Shown piece after piece: positions 41,561 through 53,945 of a stretch of DNA of 64,000 bases (position 1 is the first letter of the stretch; every line of letters starts with the position of its first letter). This DNA comes from Eledone cirrhosa (Eukaryota), in the NCBI GenBank assembly GCA_964016885.1, contig OZ024742.1:174778001-174842000 (forward strand), read 5' to 3'. Under the pieces are notes generated by a model that had not been told where the DNA came from, searched no databases, and saw only the letters and a list, made by a program, of their open reading frames with translations. The position numbers and the translations under genes were made by a program.

Positions 41561-42766
41561 AAAAACTTCAATTATCATTTTACATCCTCTTTTCATACTG
41601 GAATGGGTTGGATGGGTTTTCATTGTTTGAGACTTGATGGGTTGGAGAGCCTTGTACTGCTCTCATACAGTCCATATTTTGGTATGGTGTCTACAGCTGG
41701 ATGCTCTTCCTACTGCCAACCACTTTACAGAGTGTACTGGGCACATTTTATCATTGCACCAGCACTAGCTCTTTACAGAGTGTACTGTAAGTTTGTTGGC
41801 AAGAGGAAGGGCAGACTCTTCAGTTGTGTCTCAACTGCTGGTGTCATGATAAAATACACTTGCTAGAGCAAGGCACTGTATATAGATGTAAACACCAGCC
41901 TGTCTGAGTGCTGACTTGGTGTGTGAAGACTCATCTAACCCTTGCTAATTAAATGATCATGATGATAGTTGTTGGAGATTTATCACTTGCCACCAAGTTT
42001 ATGTTCACCCATGATTGATGGAATCATCAGTATTCACATCAGAAACAATTGAAAATAGCGTGTACTTGCTTCACAAAGTAAACCTCACTTAATGTCCTGT
42101 AACATGTGAAACCATATTAGCAAGATATTTTTGTAATGTGCAGACTGTATCACATTGAAAATTAGAGACATTATTCTAGAACTGCACATTTTCAAAACAA
42201 TCTATAAACTAGCATACAAACTATAAACATTTGAAGTATCAAATCCATTTTTATTACCAATATACATGGTAACCTGCAAGTATCTGATTGTTGCACCATC
42301 ACTACAGAGTTGCCTTGTAATGTTAGTGCCCTGATAAAATGTATCCGGTCCACTCTGTAAAGTGATTGATGTTAGGAAGGGCATTCGGTCATAGAAACCA
42401 TACCAAATATGAAATGTATAAACAAGATGTGGTCACCTAACTGGTCAAGCCCTAGACTGTGACATGTCCAACCCATGCCAGTGTGGAAACCTGCAATAAA
42501 CATAATGAGAATAATACAGTCCTTGTCAACAAAGGAAATATAAACACTCAGTACTTTTTATTATTCATTTACAATTAGTTTAAATTTGACCAGTACCAAG
42601 ATATTTGAAACAAGAATTATTTCACTAAACGTCTCTTATTGTATTTGTAGTTGTGTACTATGGTTTGTTTTAACTGTTAATGAACATGAACATCGATTTT
42701 ATGTGAACTAAGTTAGTTTGTTGCTTGCTAGCATTTAACATACATGAAATTGTTTAATAACCATAC

Positions 42767-43019
42767 TAACCTGTTTGATACCAAATTACCTGAACCAACC
42801 CATAGTGCTGCAATACAAAACTACTTATTTTAAAGTGTATATATATTTATCTAAACATCTCTCATCATAATACAATATAAGGACTTTTATGTTAACACTG
42901 GATCAATAATGAGAAAGTTATTTATATTACTAAATCCTCCAAATTCTTCATTATTTTAAAAAGGATTTGAGTGTAATAGGCAGGGAAATTCGTTGCAAAT
43001 ATGGTAATGAAAATGTTAA
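42767..43019. mobile_element. TTAA-type MITE, complete copy
   Basis: taacctgtttgataccaaattacctgaa...tatggtaatgaaaatgttaa. Confidence 0.6.
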
Positions 43020-43080
43020 AAACAGTGTATTTGAAACAAAACATTTTTTCAGTGGGCATTTGACATTTTACTATACTATA

Positions 43081-43470
43081 TTAACTCTTTCAGACCTTCA
43101 TGAACACTTGGGTAAATAAACCTCCAAAGGAAGCAGGGGTAGTTTCAAGTTTTATTGAAAAGTTTAACTTCATACTTTTTATAAAATTTGTCTTGACCAC
43201 TCTGATGGTAGACAGTAAAAATTCTAAAATTTTTAAAATATTTTAGTTCCTTTTGATTTAACTTGATTTTGACAATTTAATCTCAGCCACAGTATGATAT
43301 ATATTTGCTAAACCTCAAAATGGTTATGTTTCAAAATGTTGACCGTTACCTGAATATTTTCATTCATGATAGCCCATGTGGTGAATTCCTATAATAACAA
43401 CACGATATATTTTAAATTATCGAAACATTTCTTTCTCTATAAATAAATAATTGAATTCTGAGAGGGTTAA
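43081..43470. mobile_element. Second piggyBac-like MITE family, 390 bp
   Basis: TTAA at both ends; imperfect TIR ctctttcaga / tctgagaggg. Confidence 0.6.
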
Positions 43471-44934
43471 TTGATTAACTAAAATAAATAGCAATTTCTA
43501 TTAGAAATAAGAATTAACAATTCATAAAACAAGCCAATAACTGCTTATTTTCCATTAGTATTTATAATGTGTGCCAGTTGAATGTAAACTAATAATTATG
43601 TTCATCATTCACTCACCATTGACAATTATTTTGGCTACCATCATATTTTTAAACATTAAAAATCATATGATTTTCTCCTTGGCTTGCAAGTATAAAGTGA
43701 TGATTGCACAACAGTTGACATACACACATGGACGTTTGTGCCTTATCTAATGAGGGAGCTGAAATATATAGATTTCAGGAACAGAAATACAGTTGCAGCT
43801 TTGCTGAGTCTGTTATCCACATCAGTTCTGTAGATCTCTGCCATAGACTTTACCTTAGGAGCATAATCAGGAATTTTTGGTAAAACCACATCACAAATGA
43901 GGATAACATGGAAAAAATGTGGCTGAGTAATGTATGGGTTACCATCACTGTACAGTGGCAAAGATGCTTAGTCATGTGATATGCATGTCCACAAAGAGAC
44001 CAGTGAGCCCACTCTCTCAAATGTAGGCTAGAACTAGTGCATATGAAGCAAAGCAAACCTATCAAGGTCTAGTTTAGGTATGTGGAGGAAGACAAGGCTG
44101 ACACAGGCCTTGCCTGGGAGCAGGCCTGTGACATGGTTTGTAATTGTCTAAATAATTTACCAGTAAACACCTAACTCAGTTAAAATATTACACCTATGGG
44201 ATATGGCATAACAACCTATCTTAAATGAAATTAAAAGTAACTCTTTGAAACTATTTGGTCACATCAAACACTGAAGCTATCTGGAGGTTAAATGTAGAAA
44301 GAGAAACCAAGTACACTGAAAGGTAGAGAAACCAGAAATCCTAAAATTATCTCAATTTTAATCCTCGTCAGAACTTTATGTAAATAAGTATTAGTGGAGA
44401 AAATATTTTCATGATATTTTGTACTTTATTGTAAGCAGAATGAATGAATTTAAAAAGACATCTAATTCTGTTACCTGTAGTTATAACACAACTATTACTG
44501 TAGCACTAGAAACATAGTCTCTTACCATAAAACATCTGGAAGGATTTAATAATATAACTAACTTTCTAACTTTGGAGCATGACTTAACACACATTAACAC
44601 TTTAGAATCATAGAACCAAGGGTGTTTTTAGGCAGTTTGATATTAAAAGGGTTAAATGCACAAGCTAATTTTATTTGAATCAATGGCCTTTACTGACTCA
44701 TTCTCAAGAACAATACTAAAAAGTTAAACTTGATAAAAGAAACTTTTAATCAATACACACGCACATGCTCAAATATACAGGACTAAGCACTTGTGCCATT
44801 TGTTATCCAAATCATAACTTTCTGAAATCAATATAAATGTCACTCTTTAGAGAGCAATTTATCTTGTAAAACTTCTGTATCATTAAATGTAAAATGTCTT
44901 AACTACTTTTTCTTTTTATAAAGCTCATTTACTT

Positions 44935-44935
44935 T

Positions 44936-44967
<32 letters not shown>

Positions 44968-44998
44968 TAGTTATGTGTATATATGTTTATATGTGAGC

Positions 44999-45029
<31 letters not shown>

Positions 45030-45036
45030 CACACAT

Positions 45037-45085
<49 letters not shown>
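44935..45085. repeat. (AT)n compound microsatellite
   Basis: Direct reading. Confidence 0.95.
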
Positions 45086-45088
<3 letters not shown>

Positions 45089-46269
45089 GTATAGTAGCTC
45101 TTCTGAAATCAATTATAACTTCTTAGTAGTTTTTGATTTGAGCTTAATATTGTAAAGTTACTCAATTGTTTCATAGCAATGTTTTGTGATTTTCTTTAGT
45201 TGTAAATTTTTTCTATTCTGAAAAAGGTTGCACCGTACGATGACCTCATAAACTGACAACTATAACCCAGACACTAAAATGATAAACTTTTGCAATAGGG
45301 TAGATTTATTGCACGGTTTGGCACTGGTACTTGATGAGGTCAAATTCTCTTACAAATCTCTTGATATATATTCTGCCTGAATAGATGTTGGATTTTTTCT
45401 ATATTTATTTATTTTAATCTTAGAAACTCCTTGCTAGATAAATTGATAACATCACACCAGGCCAAGCAATATTATATATAAAAAAATTCCCATTCGTAGT
45501 AGTAGTATGATTTTGTCTTTGAGATTAAGAAATATAATAAAACTTCTTGGTTCTTGTAATAAATAAGATTTTGTCTGTTAGACTAAATTATGTAATAAAA
45601 ATTCCTAATTGTTGTAATAAATATTTTTGGTTTTCATGATAGATGATGAAGCTTTAATTTGCTTTGATAGGCATAATAAAATATTGTATGTGTTATTTCA
45701 AGTAAATTTTAAGAAGAGGTTTTCAACTCGGAAAATATTCATTAAAATATGTAATTTCATATAAAATTTCTGTTGTAAATCTTTTTTTTCTTGTGTTAAT
45801 TTCAATAAATAATTCATTTCGAGTTGAATAATCAAAATCTTTTGTCTAACTTTTGTTTAAACAGTCAGTTAAATACCATTTGTTTATTCTAATGTGCAAA
45901 TTTAGTATTTGTTAGTATTTAACCCTTTGCATACCAAACCACCTGAAACCACTAGTGGCTCTATAATAAAGAAAAAACTGTTTTAAAATATTTATATTTA
46001 TTGAAAAACCTCTCATCATAATCTTATATAAGAAATCTTATTACTAAATCCATCCACGTTCTTGGATATTTATGGTTTTGATTTTAATTAGAGATGCAGT
46101 AATAAAAGTATTATGTGCAAATGTTTTAACAAAGCTAGAGACTTTCTTAATGGCAGGGCTTTTGATCCCTTCAGTTGTGAAACATGGCTGGCAACAAAAT
46201 AGATGGTATAAAAGTTGATGCATGAAGGCACACAGGTGGTGGATTGATCCAGGACATAAATGTTATTGA

Positions 46270-46490
46270 TCCAGGTTATGAATGTTATATAACCATTGTG
46301 TCGAAATCTGCCCCTGGGTCTCTTGCCAGTTGGTTTTGCCTGTAAAATATGTCCAGTTATATTTTCCTTAGGCATTCTGGCCTGATGCTGTGGTGTTAGC
46401 GCTGTGATCACCCAATTCAGGGAAATAGTGGCTCTACCTATAGCAACTCCCGGATATTGAAGCTACTTATTTCAAAGCCAAGCTTTGCAA
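46270..46490 (-). mobile_element. RTE C-terminal remnant
   Basis: RMPKENITGHILQAKPTGKRPRGR. Confidence 0.7.
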
Positions 46491-48082
46491 AATTCATTTT
46501 TTCTCAGTGGGCACCAGTCACATCATGATCGAACCAAGGTGTCCTCCTGGCACCACACCAAGCCACTTTCACCTGCAGCACTTAACAGCTGAGTGCAGAA
46601 ATGGTTAGTTAGTGCTCATGACATAACATACACCCAGTCCACTCTGCAAATTGGTAGTATTGGTGTCATATGAAACACACCCAGTAAGGTGGTTGGCATT
46701 AGGAAGGGTATCTAACCATAGAATCCATGCCAAATATGGAAGATATGGACCCAGATATGTTGCTCTGACCTATCAGATCTCAAACTGTGTGAGCCCAAAC
46801 AATGTATCCCAGTGTGAAAGTCTATATTAAAACATTTAAGATTCTTTAGGCCAGTACCTATCCCTGTTTCATGGCATGAAGTGACTGAGAGTACAAGTCT
46901 TCTCTCTGGACAGGACACAGTCTATTACAGGGTTAAACCCTTAGCTTTTGCTGGTACTAATTTTCAGCTGAGTATACTGGAACAATATGAAATGAAGTGT
47001 TTTGCTCAAAAACACTCATGCAACCCAGCCCAGGAATCGAGCCCTCAACATTATAATCATAAATCCAACACACTTACCACTAAGCCATGCACCTCCAGTG
47101 GGGAAGGCCGATGTAAAATGATGATTGAAATATCTGAATGATGTATAATTGATTTTCCTGTTATTTTTTTTTTTTTCATTTTGGCACGATTGTGCATTTA
47201 AGAAGTTTGCCCTGCCACCATATGGTTTGGGTTTAGTCCTATTGTTTTGTACTATGAACGAGCATCTTTTACAATAGCCTGGAGTTTTACCATTGCCTTG
47301 TGAGTGAAATTTGGGGGACAGAAAATCTGTAGAAGCTTAGCATGTGTGTGTGCATGTGCGTTTGCTTATGTCCTGTAACTAAGTGGTTTGACAAAAACTA
47401 GATCTCTAAAATAAGTGTCATGCGTGAAGAAAATATGTACTTGGCTTCATACGATTGACTAAATTCTTCCAAGGTGGTGTCAGCATGGCCACAATCTAAT
47501 GACTGAAGATAATTACATAATAAAAGAATATTGTTTTTGCTGCAATTTGTGTATGAATATTTTTTTTTTATTTGTATAGTTACTGTGTGTTCCTACAGTT
47601 GACGATGAGTAGATTGACATAAATCCATTGGAGGATATTTTCATGGTAACAGTTCTTGAAAGAGATCAATATTATTAGTATTAGGGTTGATACAATTGAC
47701 TAAAATCTCTTCAAGATGGTTCCTTCGCCCGGCTGCAGTCTGACTAAAACCAGAAAAATAAAAGAAAGAATATACCCTTTTTTTAACTCTTTCTTTACTA
47801 TATTTTTATCAAAATAGGAACCCACTATTTCATTTAATTAAGAATTTTGAGAGTTTTACTAGCTATTTTATTACTAAGATATTTAGTTAACATATGGTTC
47901 TTATATAAAATTTTGTAAAAATTAACTTAATTTAAATAGGAATTTTCTTTTCAATTAATTAATGAAAAAATTTGAGGGTTTTAGTAAAATTGTTATTTTG
48001 TTACTAATATAGTAACTTGACACATGGTTCTCATATAAAAGTATGTTGGAACATTTTAATTTAAATAGGAGCCTCTATTTCA

Positions 48083-48305
48083 ATTAATTAATTGTTTCTA
48101 CTTTTGACACAAGGCCAGCAATTACTCCAGTTCAATACTGGTACTTTATTTTAACAAGGTTAGCTTTGCCTTTCATCCTGTAAGGATGAAAGGCAAAGCA
48201 GTGAGATTTGAACTCAGAACGTAATGGGATAAAACTCTATGATGCAAAGCATGGTGTCTGGCACTCTACTGATACTGTCAATCCACTGGCTTTTAATTAA
48301 TTAAT
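48083..48305 (-). mobile_element. OR-type SINE with aattaattaat TSD and internal inversion
   Basis: Internal palindrome gctttgcctttcatcctgtaaggatgaaaggcaaagc. Confidence 0.75.
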
Positions 48306-49179
48306 GAAGAAATTTTAGGGCCTTAGTAAAATTATTTCATTACTAAGATAGTAACTTAAAATATAGCTTTTAGATAAATTTATGATGAAAGATTTTAATT
48401 TCCAAAGTAGGAACCCTTTTCTAGAATTGGTTTTCGACAGATTGGTATGAAAAGGATATTGAACCATTCATGGTGCTCCATTGCTGAGTTTATGTAAAAT
48501 ATAACTATCACCTAAGTAATGATCCAGTCTATCAAATTAGGTCAATAGCTAAAGCTAATCACCTCATGTAGTATTGAGTTGATATTGTTGTGCACCTGCA
48601 TATTCCAAATTATTCCTTAAACACTCACTGTCAATAATGATTGGTTATTTTTTCTTCTGATATGTAAATTAGATTTGTAGTGACATTTTTCTTTTTCAAT
48701 TATTGATTTGAAATCCTACTTCTATCTTAATTAATATTACTACTCTTGTTATAACATAGATGGTTTTGATTAAACACACATCATTGTATATTATTGACGA
48801 CAAGTGTGGAAGTTATCTAGAGTTGCTCAACTCCTACCAACACTTTCTCTTCATTATCATATTTCTAATCGAACACTGTAGATGATTTGCAAATAATTTG
48901 TAAACTAATCAAGAGTTCGGAAGGATTTATTAATATAAGTAACTTTCTCATAATTAACTCTTTTGTCACAATATTTCTAATGAAATATACTGCCTATATG
49001 TATCATTTAATTTTGAAACTGCTATTTTTTTTTATTTGAAAGTGGTATTGTTTTTTTGTTTTTTTTATATGTGATATAAGCTATGTTTGGATCATCATAT
49101 TTTTAAGATTTAACATCCACATTGTAGTAGCTTTCAAACAAAAAATTTGACCCAGGACGGTTAAAATCTAATCAACGTG

Positions 49180-50172
49180 TGTACAATTCCCTACCTATGA
49201 GACCTAGCCACAAGCAACTGAGTTAGCATAACTGATGCAGAGATACACATACCAAAGTATGTTGTATTTCATACTAAGAGCAGGGAGAGAACTCATGGTG
49301 GAGTTGCTTCGTACATCCATGAAGGTGTCACATTGTTAGTACTGTTGAAACATACCAACTCTCTCTGTGACATGCTAATAGTACAAGTAAAGAGACTCAC
49401 AATGGTAATATGTGTCACATATCGACCACACATTAGGACAAGTTTGTAGATAGCCTCAGAATGATTGAAGAAGTGGTGATAAATTTGGATGTCTCAACAT
49501 CCTGTTGCATGGAGATTTTAACCTCTGCAATGTCAAATGGCCTGAAGGCCAGCCCTTCTGAGGAATGAAAGCACCTGAACTAGGGCAGACAGAATCTTTG
49601 TTGGACCTTACAAACAGACTCTTCATGGAACAAATGGTACTTCATCCAACAAGAGGGGAGAACACTTTCGATCTCTGCTTCATGAATAATATGGAGCTCA
49701 TCCAAAGAAAGCGACACTAACAATTTCCTTGGACCATAATATAGAATTAGGAATATATAGTCTGAGAAAGACTCTAGATATACAACCAACAGAATACACT
49801 TGATCTCTATCCAGCTTAAGCTTCCACAAATCTAACTGTGAAAGGATTCAGGAGGAGCTCATGCTGCACAATGGGATTGACAATCTCTCTATGGAAGATA
49901 TCAACAAACAACTCGAGCAATGCATGGAAATAATACAAGCCATATGCTCTAAGTTTTCCCAGAAAGAAAGGCCAACAGACACAAAAGTACTATTCCCAGA
50001 GACAGGAGAATCCTTATATAAAGAAAAAGGAGATCTCAAAATGGCTACATACACAAATAAAGAATAAGGCAAATCCGTTTTTGAAGCAGGCACTGTTTCA
50101 AACTGAAAATGAACTCAGACTCTCCCATGCAAAGGAGAGAGCAGAAAAAAGAAAAGAGGGCTATAGAAAACG
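49180..50172 (+). mobile_element. CR1/Jockey-type LINE ORF2 remnant (AP endonuclease and linker)
   Basis: DAEIHIPKYVVF...RTHGGVASYI...ICVTYRP...LLHGDFNL..VKW. Confidence 0.82.
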
Positions 50173-50174
50173 TA

Positions 50175-50660
50175 AATATCGTGTATAAATGTGATATCAT
50201 CTCTGTTAATGACGACAACAACAAACACAAGAAACATACATTGGTATAACATTCAATAACTTTATGATACAGTGGTATGCCAACACCCACGCTTTCAAAA
50301 GACCAGACAAATCAAACCAAATATCGTTTGCCACCTATGTATGGGTCCTCAAGAAGAATTCCACCTCCTTCATGCTCAAATGAAAAAACTCCAAAGGGTG
50401 CACTTATACATAGGTGAGCATAAGTGCTGTGACATGTATCTTGGAGAGTTATATTATTTGCCAAGGGTCCAACTCTGAACACTACTGGAACTTCATGCAT
50501 AAAAACTATGCAACCTATAAATCTTAAAAGCCAGTTCTGCTCCCAGCATGATAGTTTCGACACAACATTTTACTTGACAAAGAACACTCCTTCCTTCCTT
50601 CCTACACCAAACCCCATCCCTCAACCTACTTCCTTTTCAAACGCATCTCATAAACCTGTG
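50175..50660 (+). mobile_element. Penelope-like element GIY-YIG endonuclease remnant
   Basis: NIVYKC...ETYIGITFNNF...AFKR.DK....ATYVWVLKK, frameshifted. Confidence 0.8.
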
Positions 50661-50936
50661 CTTATGTGAATACTCTTTGTCTGTGGGTACATACACAAGT
50701 GTAGGTCTGTCTGTGTGAACAAGGGTTTGTGGTGACCCTACTTGTCAGTATTTAGATATTTGTATTATTTGTATATATTTTGTGCGAATGCATCTTTAGG
50801 AGAGATGGTCACCATTTTAGAAGGGTGCGTTGTTTTACGATTTAGAGGGGAGTTCGTTTCCCTAGCTTGGCTGGTAGAACATCTCTTCTATTTGTTGTTA
50901 GGTGTAGGTAAACCAATTAAGCAAAAAAAAACATAC

Positions 50937-51160
50937 GTCGAGATTATATGTACATGAGCATTTTAATCAGAACAATAAACAAAACAGGGTATCATATCAG
51001 TTGCCCCTTGATTGGTAATTCGTAATTATCATTTCGTGGCGGTGTTCAAATATCCCGTGAACGCATGGTGTGCTATTGCTGTTTCGCCACAGTGAAATGC
51101 GTCTGCTCGCATCAACACACAGAGTTGGAAAGAGAGTGTATTCAGCTACTGACGTCAGAA
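50937..51160 (-). promoter_or_regulatory. Possible promoter/first exon at a CpG boundary
   Basis: CpG-containing, apparently unique segment; TGACGTCA at 51150-51157; minus-strand donor GAC|gtatgt at 50937/50936. Confidence 0.25.
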
Positions 51161-51510
51161 CTAAGGGCAGTTAATCGACTGTCTCCAAAGTCAAAGCTAA
51201 GTGGCGTGATCTTCTACACATCCATGCTAATTAGTGTGTATGTATATATATATATATATATATAGGTATGTATGTGCATGTGTATGTATGAGTCTGTTTT
51301 TTTATCTATCTATATACACGTATATATGTACGTATATGTAAATATTTTTGTACATGTATGTTTACGTATATACGTGTATATATATATTTATGCGTATATA
51401 TATATACACTAATTAGCATGTGTATATATATATGTATGCATGTATATATATGTATGCGTATTTATGTGTATATATATATGCATATATATATATTTATATA
51501 TGTGTAAATT

Positions 51511-51543
<33 letters not shown>

Positions 51544-51754
51544 GTATATATTTATATATATGCTTATATATGTGTATATTTATATATATGTGCTTATATA
51601 TGTATATATTTATAATGACAGTGATGAAAACCAACCACACCGTGAGTGTGTTCTGTTAATATTTCTGATAATAGTATTACAACTGTATGACCCTCCCCAA
51701 GTATAACAATATATACTTATATATATGTTTATATTTATATATATGTATATGTAT

Positions 51755-52075
51755 GTAAAAGGTAAACAGAAATAACAACACAATCAGTACAGCATATGGA
51801 ATGAATATATCAGGTTAACGCTTGAAATAGCAGGAAGAGGGTCTTAACATTTCGGATGCTATTCTTTCATCAGAAGAAAGAATGAGAAATTAGAAAGATT
51901 GAAGGGGTGGGCGTGGTGGAATTAGAAAAAATGTTTTTAGAGAAAAATAACAGGGCCATTCATGTTGCCATCTCTTGGAAAACTGTTGATGCTGGCGTTT
52001 TGTGTATGATATATATTTTTTTCAAATGGATGATGGAGCGCGTGCATTATTGTATGTCTGTATGAAACGAAGAGG
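51755..52075 (-). mobile_element. Penelope-like 3' end/pseudo-LTR between (AT)n tracts
   Basis: Decayed EKYII-type C-terminus followed by a hammerhead core. Confidence 0.55.
51842..51877 (-). ncRNA. Minimal hammerhead ribozyme (slightly decayed)
   Basis: tctt CTGATGA aagaatagcatcc GAAA tg TTA aga. Confidence 0.65.
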
Positions 52076-52648
52076 ATATGTGTGTGTATGTCTATATGTA
52101 TATATATATATATATATATAATGTGTGTGTATAGTAGCCTTTGTTGCAAATTCCACCAACCACTCCACCAATTGATTTGACAGGTGTCAATTACGCATTG
52201 ATACCAAAAATTCTTTGGCGAGAGTCTGACAATTCAGTCACTTAATGAAACATTTTTGTTTACTTAGAATAAATGAACCCTAAAATCATGTGCGGGTGTT
52301 TGTATTTGTGTGTGAATGTGAACATTGTCTTTTATCTGTGTCAATGTATAATGTGTATATTTCTAAAAAATATTTTTTTCAAAAAACTCCTGTTCTTTAA
52401 AATACCCTAGTCAATGACCTCTAGTGATCTTCAAAATCACCACCTTCCCCAACCACCAGAAAAGAAGTAAATACCATCATACAATTACAATGACAGTTGG
52501 CTTTCTTAGTAAATATTTTCAACTGAAAAAGTTATAGTCCTGTAAAAGCCATTTCTATATTAAATTTCATGTTTACATTCTACTAATGTATTGAGTGCCT
52601 TATTGTAGTTAACCCCAATTGAACCTGGGACACACAAATATGTATGTA

Positions 52649-52719
<71 letters not shown>

Positions 52720-52790
52720 TGTATATATGAAGTTGATGTTTATTACGGTATGTCGAATATATTTATCTATAAAACTGTTTATATTGTATT

Positions 52791-52845
52791 TTGTCTGATG
52801 AAGGCATAGCATATTGTTAATATGATATCCCCGAAATATATATAA
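52791..52845 (+). ncRNA. Hammerhead-like core with long stem II, decayed stem III/I
   Basis: CTGATGA aggcatagcatatt gtt aatatgatatcccc GAAA. Confidence 0.45.
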
Positions 52846-53063
52846 TGAAATAGATATGGTTTTATAAATATAGTTTTCCATTTATTTAATATTGTAAATA
52901 TACTCCAAGTATTTGTCGAGTGCTTTTATATCAGTTATAAATATTTACTAGTTGTAACCCAACAATTTTAAATATAACTTTACATGTATCTTGCTCCAAT
53001 ACTGTTGAGCGCTTTATATATATGCATGTATATATATATTTATTCAAATAACAATTAACTAAG

Positions 53064-53701
53064 TGAGAAATTAGGTATAAGAGGGATCAGATGATGTGTA
53101 CTCGATAGAAGACTACGTTGGTATGGTCACGTGATGCGCATGAAAGATGACAGCTGTATAAAAAAGTGCAGGGCGATCAAAATTGATGGAAGTTACGGAG
53201 TAGGCAGACCCAGAAAAACCTGGGACGATTTGATAAATTCCGACCTTACACACTTAAACCTCTCTAAGACAATGTCACTGGACCAAGATCTTTGGCGCTA
53301 CGCAGTAATACAGAAGACCAGCCTTGCCTCAGTACAAAGCGAAACCTACAGTCTGTAGGCACCTCTTAATCAAATATACACCCCATCCCACTACCCCCAC
53401 GCCAACACCACCCCTTTCTCTGTAATGTTATGTTGGTACCACAAAATCCAGTCCTAAATAAATGAGGTTGTGTAGGTGTTACGACAAAAAAAACACAGTT
53501 CACGCTGTAATGTGGCCGTGTAGATAACACGGTAAAAACCTCCCAGTCCACACTGTAAATGTGGTTGGTGTTAGGAAGGGCATCCAGCCGTACAAAACCT
53601 GCCAGACGAGCAAGACGACCAATCTTTCCTCAAGTGGGACAATTCCCGTCTAAACCCATGTTAACGTGGAAGATAGACGTTAAACGTTGATGATGATGAT
53701 G
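53064..53701 (+). mobile_element. Young 5'-truncated RTE LINE
   Basis: RRLRWYGHVMRMKDDSCIKKCRAIKIDGSYGVGRPRKTWDD; 3'UTR; (GAT)n tail. Confidence 0.92.
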
Positions 53702-53945
53702 AACAGATTAAAGTTTAAGCAAAGAATCGCTGCTTTCACCCTTAACGGGATCTTCTGAAGCTAAAAAAAAATCAATCGGTGAACGCAGAAGTAAATATTT
53801 CGAAAAACGTTGCAGCCGAAGGAAAACAGGAAGACGTTCCCTGGCAATGAACGAAAATAGTGAAGATAATACGTCGTTATGTGGAGCGTGGTGAACAATT
53901 ACACGCAAAATCACGTTAATGGTATAAATGGAATCATTTGACTAA

